A stretch of 44,441 nt of DNA from Trypethelium eluteriae. Lineage: Eukaryota. The translations under genes were made by a program, and so were the position numbers. A model generated the notes under the pieces. The model ran no database searches. It had not been told where the DNA came from and saw only the letters and a list, made by a program, of their open reading frames with translations. The stretch lies in contig JAVECL010000142.1 in assembly GCA_051942245.1 (NCBI GenBank), forward strand, positions 1-44,441. Reading direction: 5' to 3'. The stretch's first letter is position 1, and each line of letters begins with the position of its first letter. Shown in pieces: positions 11,801 through 22,301 of the stretch.

Positions 11801-14800
11801 CTGGCCTGCAAAGCGCACTTTCATCTTATTTCATAATGAATGGAGATGACGAAGATCGATTCAGGTTTTCTCACGATCGCTATATGCTGGCCGCTTCAAA
11901 CCTCGAAGAATGTCAAAGGAAAGAAGAAATGCACTTCCTCATTGCACAGACGATGATGCGCATGAATACTGCTAGCTTTGACGATGAGTCGAGCTCCCTA
12001 CACACTGTTGGGCGGCATATATGCCTGGCATCAGATCTAATCCGGGAGAAAATAAAGCTCCGTGATGACTTCCGAGACGTCCTCTATTCGGCCGGAGAAA
12101 GCTCATGTGAATCAGGAGCGAAATCTACAGGGATCTACTATTTTAACCATTGTATCAAGCTTCTCCAAGATGATCCTTGGAACGGACCGATAGATGTTTC
12201 CTACGATCAGACCCTCAGCCTATACACCAGGACTGCGGAGGTATGTTGGCACCTAGGGGACTACGAGCAAGCTGTAAAATTGCTTCAAATGGTTTTGGAC
12301 AACGCCCATGATCCTGTGGACAAGACACCCGCATGTGTCCTACATAGCCGTGTCCTGGCCCAACAGGGTGACAGCCAGGGGGCCTTCAACGTCTTGAAAA
12401 GCTCGTTGGCCGAGATGGGCAAAGAAATTCCGAAAATGTCCTGGGAAGACTGTGATGCAGAATTCCATCGGTTACGTGGCATTCTCAAATCTACAAATAC
12501 TGGAACCCGATCGAGGAGGCGCTCAGTGGTCAACCAGGATGTGGTGCCCATCGGCGCTATACTGGTGGAAATTGCAAGCGCTGCTTTTTGGCAGGATGCT
12601 CTTCTGTTCTATCAAATGTCCCTACAGATGCTCCAGATCTATCTCAATTACGGGCTTTACCCCCAAGCTGGCATTGGCTTCGTGAATTTCGCCTCCATCG
12701 CTGTGGGACGATTCAACGACACCGAGTTTGGAATTCAGATGGGGAACATCGCTAAAGATATCTTCAACATATTTCAAGACGATAACTATACTATCGGTCG
12801 AGGCCTCACTTATCATTGTCTCTTCATAGGTCACTTAGAAGCACATCTGAGAGAGCAGCTACCAATTCTAGAGGAAGCCATGGAAAAAACAGTGAATGCC
12901 GGTGACCGAATACTCATGCTTCAAAACGTCGGGATATCTGCCAATCTGAAATTGGTCTGTTCCCATGACCTTGCGGATGTAGAAGCATACTGCAATTATT
13001 GTCCTGAAGAATTTAAGGACTGGCAAGAAGACATGCGCGGCGGAGCTTTCTTGACTGCAATCCGGCAATTAACAAGAGCCTTGCAGGGCAAGACGAAATG
13101 GCAATCCCCTCAAACTATTTTCTGCGACGACGAGCATGATTCTTCCGAGTACCTCAAGTACCTTGAAAAGAAGGCGGCGAATCCGCGAAGGCCCCGGGCT
13201 TTGTATAACAGGCAAGTTTCCAATTTCTTGATTCTCTACTACGTGTCTCGGACATGGATATTGGCCCTTCGAGCCCCGAAGTATATTCTCTGACGCTTCG
13301 TTGCCAGTGCCCTCATTGTAGCGCTGCACAGATTCGGCTACCACGAGGAAGTAATCACAATTGGCAAGGAATTGATTGATGTCAGCAGAGGTGTCTGGTA
13401 AGATTTGCGAAAGCCTCTCTAGACGACGTTCGATCTTTTAACTGTAACACAGGTGCATACGATGGTATTATTCGTCGCTATTCCACTTGGCATTAGCATA
13501 CATAGCTCTTGTCCGCAAGGACCCAAAGCGATTCAATCGAGAGGAACTTCTTAAAGAAGTCGCTGCGACTCGAAACAAAATAATGGAGATTGCTTCAGTC
13601 AACGACGTCAACTATGCCTCCTGGATGTACTTACTTGACGCCGAGGTTTCTGATGTGACTGGCTCATGGCCTGCAGCAGGAAAGGGCTATGAGGATGCCA
13701 TTGACCATGCCCAGAAGCACGGCTTTGTTGGAGAAGAGGCGCAAGCATTTGAGCTTTATGGTGAAGCTTTAACACGCCGAGGCCAGAAACGACCTGCACA
13801 AAACATGTTCCTCGATTGTATTGCTGCGTATAGGCGTATTAGCGCCTTTGGAAAGTGCGATCAGGTCAAGCAACTGTACCTCTCAGAGGACCAGCGTCCT
13901 GCAATGGCTTTCACTTCGGATGCATCGACGCAGACGCATATCACTGATACAGGAAATTTGATGCTAAATCTCAGGGCAAAAGAGGACCAGTCACAGTAAG
14001 CCATTTCCTTTTCCTTTTCTGTTCTTTCCTTTTCTTTCTACATTCCGTTCCGAGCCATCTAGATTAGGAATACTCGATGAGCGTGTCGTTCAGACTTCCT
14101 TGCAACCACGGAGACACCTGTTTCAGAATCATCGGCTAACGCTACAATAGCATCGAGACTTCCGAAGACCGCACCAACGCTTGGGTCGCACCGAATGGCG
14201 CAAGTGATAAACCTCGGAAAGACATTTCGCAAGGACTTTCTGCCATTGGCCTAGACATGATCGATTTAACCAGTATCCTTGAGTCTAGCCAACTTTTATC
14301 TTCGGAACTCCAAGTTGATGGTCTTTTGGCCAAAATGACTGAGATCATTGTGGAATCTACTGGAGCAGAGCACTGCGCTATTATCGTCGAAGATGACGAT
14401 CATGGCTGGAGCATTCGTGCGATGGGCGGACCAGATGGGATTGCCCCGCTAAGCACTGGCCAGCCGTTGGACACAACTAAAGACAGAGTGGCACGACAAG
14501 TTAGTCTATACGTGTTACGCTTTAGAGAAGTCGTGTTCGTACACAACATACTAGAAGATGACCGCTTCTCCAATGTCGACGAGTCTTTCCTGGCTCGATC
14601 CCCGGAGGGCAGATCAGTCATCTCGGTCCCCATCCTTCATGGTAATGATGTTCTCCTTGGGTCAATCTACGTGGATGGACCTCCAAACAGTTTCACCGAT
14701 CGCAACTTGACGGTGCTTCGTTTATTGGTCAATCAGATCTCCATTTCGATCGCTAATGCACTACTCTTCAAAAGGCTCCAGCGAGTCAGTGCTAGCAACG

Positions 14801-16431
14801 AAGCCATGCTGGGAGTACAGAAGCAAGCACTTGATCAAGCTCGTAATTCTGAGCGAAAGGCCAAAGAAGCAGAGGCCTTTGCTAGAGCTGAAGCAAAAGC
14901 AAAGGAAGAAGCTGCGAGAGCCAAGTCAATGTTCTTAGCAAATGTTTCCCATGAGCTTCGAACACCGCTGAACGGTGTCATCGGAATGAGTGAATTGCTT
15001 AAGGGAAGTTCACTCAACAAAGAGCAAGAAGGATATGCCGACAGCATACGCGTCTGCGCTGATACACTTCTCAGCATCATCAACGATATTCTTGACTTCT
15101 CGAAACTTGAAGCTGGCAAGATGCAGATGTTCTCGGTCCCAATGTCTCTGACCGAGACAATCAATGAAGTCGTCCGTGCTTTACGTTTTACTAACATTGA
15201 ACGTGGCCTTGACACCATTGAAGAGTTGGACGTAGATCGCGACCTTCTCGTCCTCGGGGATCCAGTCAGGTTACACCAAATCATCATGAATTTGCTCAGC
15301 AACAGCTACAAGTTTACATCCAAAGGCTCCGTCACCGTCCAGCTAAGGGTGGATAGAGAAGACAAGGACACGATCGACATAACATGCGCTGTTGCCGATA
15401 CCGGGATTGGCATCAGTGACGAACAGAAGAAGAAGCTTTTCCTTCCCTTCAGTCAAGCAGACAGCAGCACTGCCCGGAGTTACGGTGGTACTGGTCTCGG
15501 CCTCAGCATCTGCAAAGCCATTATCGAGAACGTTATGAAAGGCAGAATCTGGCTTGACAGTGCTCCTGGTGTTGGCACCACAGTATCATTCTCTCTCCAC
15601 TTTCAAAAAGTCCCCAAGAACACCTCCAAGAAGGTAAACGACGGCGAAACCGACCCCATGGCCATCTACTCCCCGCTTCCCAGCTCCACCCCATCCCCCC
15701 GCTCCGCCGACTTCATCGACCTCTCCCAAGTGCCGCGCGAAAAGCTCAAAGTCTGCATCGCCGAAGACAACCTCATCAACCAAAAGATCGCCGTCTCCTT
15801 CGTCGAGAAGCTCGGCTTCAAATGCGAAGCCTACAGCGACGGCGCGCAAGCCGTGCGGGCGCTCGAACAAGCCTCCCACACCGGCGACCCCTTCCACCTC
15901 GTTCTGATGGACGTGCAGATGCCAGTGCTGGACGGGTACGACGCGACGCGCGAGATCCGACGCCACGCCGACCCAACGGTGCGCGCGGTCATGGTGATCG
16001 CGATGACGGCGTCTGCGATCCGCGGCGATCGCGAGCGCTGCCTCGAGGCGGGCATGAATAACTACCTTGCGAAGCCGGTCCGCGCGAATGTCCTCAAGCA
16101 GATGCTTGAGAGCTATCTGAGTCAGGAGAGTAAGAGCATGCCGAATCTGCAGCAGGAGGCGAATCAGTTGGCGAGGAACGCGGTGGGCGCTGGCGATGTG
16201 GATCCCGAGGTGGTGGGGAGGGAGGCGAGGGTCGGATTGGAGGAGACGCCGCCGTTGACGGGGCCGAGTCCGACGGCGATGGCGAAGGGGCAGGGGAGGA
16301 GGCCGGAGGTGAAGAAGGATGAGACGAAGGTCTGGAATCCGGGATTGGAGAAGGCGAAGGTGGGTGCGCCGCCTGTTGAGATGAAAGGAGAAAGAGTGGG
16401 GGACGAGAACAGTGGTGGTGCCGTGGGTTAG
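8869..16431 (+). CDS. Group X hybrid histidine kinase (CHK1/Mak2-3-like): Ser/Thr kinase-like + P-loop ATPase + GAF + HisKA + HATPase + receiver. Exons 8869-9018, 9070-13211, 13308-13397, 13453-13995, 14151-16431; ~2401 aa
   Basis: Kinase-like LVHGELRSDAF..VNFG..FIAPEQTGR..DIYSLG; Walker A GVTGLGKS and Walker B ICLCLDDLQFAD; GAF; H-box FLANVSHELRTPLNG; N-box QIIMNLLSNSYKFT; DTGIGI; GGTGLGL; receiver IAEDN..LMDVQMP..AKP. Four introns give a continuous frame (7206 nt). Confidence 0.93.
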
Positions 16432-16482
16432 GGAGAGTCCTTTGTAGCTTTTTTCTCTCGATGTGATTCTCAGTACATATCC

Positions 16483-16496
16483 TTTTTTTTTTTTTT
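16483..16496 (+). repeat. Poly(T) tract in the 3' flank of the histidine kinase
   Basis: Run of 14 T about 50 bp after the stop codon. Confidence 0.85.
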
Positions 16497-18501
16497 GCTT
16501 TTCTCGATCCTGTATTCCACGTCTTGCAGCGACTGCGTTCCAGGTTGGGGTGCAGTCATCATGATTTGGAAATTTTGTGCACGGTGCATTGAATTCAGGC
16601 GCTGCAACTCATTGGCGCAGGACGAGCGACGCTGCAAAGTTATCTAGATTTGGTGGCGAAAAGTTGCTTCACTTCCCTTGCATAACGACAGTTCGAGTTT
16701 TAGACGCGAATGTACTAGTTTAGACACACGAGAGTACCGTGATATGGGTGTAGGTATTTCCATCAACCACAGCAGACCATATGGGTCCCATAGAAGGCCT
16801 GAGGGTATCTGGAGGTATGTTCGTAGATGTTCCTAGTCAGAAGTAATGCCTGTGCCAAATCAATAACACAATCTCAATGGCGTCATCGTCATGTCCATCC
16901 TATGCAGTGTTTTCACAGGGCGGCTTAGATTGGTCTCTTCCATTCCTTTAAGCCTTCAAAAAATAATATGTTCCATTGTCCTAACGGTCTTATCTCTCCC
17001 TTCCATGTCTCGGATCGACATGTATACTATTGCCAGAGGATTTAGCGCTATCTAGCCTAAAATTTTCATCGGTGCTTGATCAGCTTTCATCATGGGTGCA
17101 TATCGCTCGTGCTTTGAAGAATAAGATTGACTCTCTCAAATGAAAAGTTCTCCTTGAAACCTTCACGCCTTCTGGTTAAAGCCATATATTGGAGCAATCA
17201 TATATGTCAGGGTCCGGTGGTGTATCGTAAGGAAGGCATGGCATGCATCTCAATGAAAGTGGGGGTAAACGCCGGCAGCAGAAGCAAAAATTTCAAGGCT
17301 TTGGCAAGTTCTTTGAGTCTGAAGTCTAGATGAAAAGTAAAATGAGTTTAACTGTAAAACTCGATTGTTGCACAAGCTTGGCTGCTATCCTTAGCTCAAC
17401 AAATTGTTGTACATCCGAGAAAGAAGAGGCAAGGAAAAGAAATAAGCCGGCACTTGAGGATTATAACAGTGAAGTTGCAAAAAGCCATTTGACCGTACTT
17501 GCCTTGGACCGAAGCGACACCGCAGTCAATCATAGATAGAGTAGCTGACTGGACGGTATTCCTAACGGCATACCGGGAGCATAGGTAGGATGGAGCTCCG
17601 TTCGACTCGTTGCATTGTCCGCTTACCTTACATGTTATTCGCACACCACTGGCCAAGACTTCTACGCATCAGAAGAGCAGCGTTGGAGTTGACAATGATA
17701 CCCAACTTCCCTCAAACCCCTTCAAACCTTTTGAAAGAACAATCGTCGATGATGTCTTCTCGTGTCCAGCGCCCCTCTCCTACCCCTTTAGAGTAGGAGA
17801 GAAGGCGACACAGTTGCGGAATCCAGCTTGCTTCTTTTCGCGCCCCGAATATCCAGATCTACCACGTCAATCAGCTGCATTCAGGCTTTTGCCCGAGGCG
17901 CAAGTCACGCGGCTACTCGGTATTCCCTATTGTAGTGATCGTGCGGAGGGTTCAGCATGGGGCCGAATTGGGCGCCCGTAACGAGTTTTGCGTCAGCATG
18001 CATGGTCCGTTTGATCGGCGCGGTCGAGATGTCGTGGCCGCGGTCCTGAAGGCCTCGGCGTGGGGTGTGCCAAACGACGGAGGGGATTTGGTATGATTGA
18101 TTTTTTGGGCGTCGCAGAGCAGAAATGGGAATTCTTCTTCAATATCCGCCGGATTTGGGGGATTCTTGGGTTGGGTTGATTTACTTGGCTTCGACTAGGT
18201 TTGATAGAACACCATGAGGAAGTGGCTCTGGCGTGCAAAAACGTGTACATTTGAAATGAAGGTATCGATGTTTAAGTCTAATACAGTATAGTATTTGTAC
18301 ATGGTCCCATTTCCAAGCTTCGCGGCATCTATTGGTATATTGTGACGCCGTTATCCCAATGCGCCTCGACGCTGAAGCGCAGTCGTAAATCCAATTATGA
18401 AATCATGCTTCATGAGCCTTTTTCGTTGGCCTAGTAATACGCATCCAGTATACGCCGTTTCGTTTCCCTCTTTACATACCCCATTGCTTCGGGGTCCACG
18501 A

Positions 18502-20814
18502 TTATATTCCAATCCCAATCGTCGGCGATTCCCTCCCTGGATTCGCCCTGCTCCAGCGGTCTCGCTCCATTCTACTCTCTCTTTCCCTCTCTTCCCAGTT
18601 CACGCTCACGCTCGCGGCACTACGCTCAGTGGTCGCGGCATCAGTGACCTGGCTGCCTCTTGCCCTCGCATTAGCGACCCTAAGGCTCGCCCAAATCTCT
18701 GGTCGATCCAGATCGAATGGATCGCTGCGTGCTTTCGTGTCCTTTGATGCGGAGCGATGAATGGGACTAATGTCTGGTGGTAGCGGTGTCTCAATAGGTG
18801 TGATTGAGTTATGAGAAGAAGGCACAAAATAGATTGTACTACTCGGGTCAAAAGTTGTGTTTGCCGGGATTGTGTATGGAATGGTTGACGCGGGATTAGA
18901 ACCCGTAGGAGCTTGTTGCGGTATCACGGGAACAGGGTCGCCAAAGGGGTCTTCAGACGGTGGTGGTGGAGGTGGAGAAGGCAATTTTTGAGTCCGAGTG
19001 TTCTGGGCAAGGGGACCGTCTTTCTGAGGCGGTTGTAGATATTTTCCATTGCTTGCCGCACCAGCTACCGGTTTTCGCGGGAGAACACCCACAGGCAGAA
19101 GCGAAGGTGGGACCTGATCAACGTCCCTGATCGTTGCATTAGGAGGCGGATCCACGAACGGACCCTCAGCACTCAAATTTGGGAACGGATACGCTGCTGG
19201 TTCCCGCATTTCTTGAGATACCGAGACCGGGCCTGCAGTTAAAAACTTCGGTCTGGGTGTGTTGCCCCTCGAATCTGGAGTCCCAGGATCTGGATTCGTG
19301 ATTCGAAGATAGACTGGCTCAGGTGGGTTCGTGAAAGGATCTGAAGATGCGGCAGATCCACTTTGTGCGACCTGCGGCTCACCTAATGGATTGTTGATAA
19401 GGAAGGGATAGGGCTGTGGCGAGGGTTTTGGCGAATTCGCATTGTCGCCCAACTTCGATCTCCAATTTGCGAAGGGCCCAGATCGGATCGTCGAACTTTG
19501 AGGTCCATTGAAAACATTTGGTTCAGGAGTTGCTGTGCCTTGGGTAGGGTAAATTGCTCCCGCCGAGTCGTTCCGTACTTGACCATACGGATCAGACCGG
19601 CCATTTTGACGCCGAAGCTTGGATGGTACAGCAGCAATCAACGTTGCGCCTGCAGTGGCGGCCTGGCTTTGTAATCCCTGTACATTGACTCTCAATCGAG
19701 AACCAAGCTTTTTCCATTTTCTTTGCGGCCCTTGACCTTTTTCTGCAGCTCCTGCTGCATCTCCCCGCCTCCTCCGTTGTCTCCGAAGGCAGAATAGAAT
19801 AAGCAAGCTGAACACCGCGATAGCTCCCGCCGCTCCGACTCCACCCGCGATGGCAACTGTGTTTGTAGAGCCGTTACCATTACTTTTGCCGCTGTGGTGA
19901 CCATCACCGTTGTGATCGGTATCGGGCTCACTGGTCGGCATTACAGACGTAGTTGACATTCCAGATGCAGTAGCAGCACTCGATGTGGTGGACATTAATA
20001 CTGGAGTCGTCGAAATGGACATTGACGATGATTCTGTGATATCAGCTGTGAAGGTGTTGCTTGGTAAGGACTGCGTCGCTGAAATTGGTGAAGACGGGCA
20101 AGGCTGCCTACGATACAGGAAGGGGCCGTGACGTTTTGTAAAGCATCCTGATGCTTGTGGTAGAGAATTGGAAGTCGGGGTGAGTGTCTGTGTATTGGAC
20201 GCTGAAATCTGACCGCCACCAAGTCCTGTAGCAGACGAGCTAACAGGTGTGTTGGTCGTGGTGTCAGCGGAATGTGAAGGAACGTGTGTATTTGAAGCTA
20301 TCTCAGGAGATTGCGGTTCGCCTCCAGAATTGATCCCTTGAGGACTCGGCATAGGCATTGGCATCACAAAGGGCATCGAAGACAAGCTTCGCATTGACGT
20401 GAGAAATGTTGATGCAATCGATTCAGTGTAGGAAGTCAAGGGACTCTCAGTCACTAGCTCCGTCGTCACGGACGACATTGTGGTTAGGCTCGTTGTCCAA
20501 GTCGTAGTAGTTGAAGTCGATTGGTAGCTGACCGTAGCCGAACTCAAAGAGCTTGACGTTGAAGTTGAAGCTGATGTCGAATCTGCTGTCGAAGCTGTTG
20601 TTGAAGCTGTTGTCGAAGCTGATGTCGAAGCTGATGTCTGTGTCGATGTCGGTGTCGATGTCGATGACCTGTGGTGCTCATCCTTTTTCCTATCTTTTGC
20701 ACATTCTGAGTCGTTTGACGTCCTTGGCACGGTATTGTGTTGCTGCGATTCTTTTTGCCCGTGGTGGTGACATGAGTGGCCGTCTCCTCTATCACCACTT
20801 CCAGATCCAAACAT
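18502..20814 (-). CDS. Ser/Thr-rich single-pass membrane protein (mucin/Mid2-like architecture), ~770 aa; start uncertain
   Basis: Long open frame; first in-frame ATG at 20814; S/T-rich N-terminal region, TM helix VAIAGGVGAAGAIAVFSLLILFCL followed by RRQRRRR, Pro-rich tail with SDPF/EDPF/RSDPFDL motifs. Confidence 0.8.
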   Translation of the reverse strand: MFGSGSGDRGDGHSCHHHGQKESQQHNTVPRTSNDSECAKDRKKDEHHRSSTSTPTSTQTSASTSASTTASTTASTADSTSASTSTSSSLSSATVSYQSTSTTTTWTTSLTTMSSVTTELVTESPLTSYTESIASTFLTSMRSLSSMPFVMPMPMPSPQGINSGGEPQSPEIASNTHVPSHSADTTTNTPVSSSATGLGGGQISASNTQTLTPTSNSLPQASGCFTKRHGPFLYRRQPCPSSPISATQSLPSNTFTADITESSSMSISTTPVLMSTTSSAATASGMSTTSVMPTSEPDTDHNGDGHHSGKSNGNGSTNTVAIAGGVGAAGAIAVFSLLILFCLRRQRRRRGDAAGAAEKGQGPQRKWKKLGSRLRVNVQGLQSQAATAGATLIAAVPSKLRRQNGRSDPYGQVRNDSAGAIYPTQGTATPEPNVFNGPQSSTIRSGPFANWRSKLGDNANSPKPSPQPYPFLINNPLGEPQVAQSGSAASSDPFTNPPEPVYLRITNPDPGTPDSRGNTPRPKFLTAGPVSVSQEMREPAAYPFPNLSAEGPFVDPPPNATIRDVDQVPPSLLPVGVLPRKPVAGAASNGKYLQPPQKDGPLAQNTRTQKLPSPPPPPPSEDPFGDPVPVIPQQAPTGSNPASTIPYTIPANTTFDPSSTIYFVPSSHNSITPIETPLPPDISPIHRSASKDTKARSDPFDLDRPEIWASLRVANARARGSQVTDAATTERSAASVSVNWEERERESRMERDRWSRANPGRESPTIGIGI
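20558..20667. repeat. Degenerate 12-bp/6-bp coding minisatellite (GAAGCTGWTGTY; GTCGAT) encoding STSTPTSTQTSASTSASTTASTTAST
   Basis: Directly visible tandem units inside the membrane-protein ORF. Confidence 0.8.
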
Positions 20815-22301
20815 TTCATCTCTAAAAGTTTGGTAGACTCGCCAACGCGTGAAATATGACGGAGGTCGAGAATGGTAAAAGAAAAGAGATAGTGGAGACA
20901 CGAAGGGTATTCTTAGACTGGGATGGACGCCAACAAAAGGGAACTGCACGAAGAGACACAGTTCAAACAAATCTCGTGCAGCAAGGTGACGAGCAGCGCG
21001 GAAGGCTTCCTACCTCGCGTGGCTTGTAGAGCCATAATCAGGAATCCCATCACTACGTGTCTGAGCTACGGCCACAAGAGGGACTGAGACGAGAGAGTGC
21101 GTGGTGTACGCCGACCGCCTGAAACGATTGCCGCCTCGTCCATCGTCGAGGCGCGTCCAGGAGGCGTTCGCCGCACCCATTGGATGATTCCGGACAGTGC
21201 AGAGGCCATCACTCGGCAGATGACTTAGGCACGATTTCGCACAAAGGAATCCTGCCTCAGTGTTGAGGCTGGCGAGCCTCCAAGATCGCAGATCGAAGCA
21301 ATGGTGGTGGTGTAGGTGGGCGAAGATCTGCCGCCGAACCTCACAGCTGCTAACCTTGCTCTGCTCCTCCACCTACCCAAAAGCAACTTCATCAAGCTGA
21401 TGAAGCAGTCTTGTTACACCAAGTTGTGCCAAACCACCTCGCTCTCTCTCGACCTTCTTCTCAAGAGGCTTGGCAATGTTTGGTGCGCCTCGCACAAGCC
21501 CTCTCGCCGCGACTGGGCAGTCGACCGATGCGAGGGCATACTACACGGCCCGTTTCAACCTACGAGTAAAAGATACGGCCGTCCTTAGAGAACGGCGGAG
21601 CGCTTCAAGGATGCTTCGTGTTTACCCCATAATAGCTAAGCCTTCTCTGGCCATCACTCGTCATCCTCTTAGACACCGATCGCATCGGTACCTGGCAGCA
21701 TCCTGAGGCTTAATGCTAAGCTTACTTGTCCAATGCCTGACTGTCGTACTTGCTCGTTAACAAAGTTTAATGAAGTGCAGACTCGCATGTTTTGACGAGG
21801 GAGCTTCAAGCGGTGGAGTATCAGAGGTATTAGAAGTACTTGAGTATGACAATTTCCAAGGACGACTCAGATTCTCCTGTATGAACTCCCCTACCTGAGC
21901 CCCCCACACAGATATGAATACATCCAAAGGATTATTTGAAAGCTCACTAAAACCATCAATGCATAAATGCATGTACGCATACACGCACAGAATAAGCAAC
22001 GCACCCGCTATGCTCACAGTGTAACCCATGCCTGAAATGCTAATTTTCTGGAACGTGGATCGAAAGACACGCAACGAGGATCCCACGTGTGCTCCCGCCT
22101 CTTCATCGAATCACAAAATTGCCGCGACCCTCTCGGTATCCCAAGCTCCGAGATACCCTAAAATCCCTTTCACAACGCTCGGGCCCAAACCACAGCTACC
22201 AACAGTAACGGCAGCAGATATGTTGGCTATCATTCGATGGCTTGAGATCGTGCCGGAGCTTGCAAGACAACCCTATCGATCGACATGACGATTCCTTAGC
22301 G

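Noticed and set aside
20815..20970. Hydrophobic N-terminal extension (MFELCLFVQF..) as a signal peptide
   Set aside because: Begins at TTG, and is a pyrimidine-rich tract more like intron or UTR
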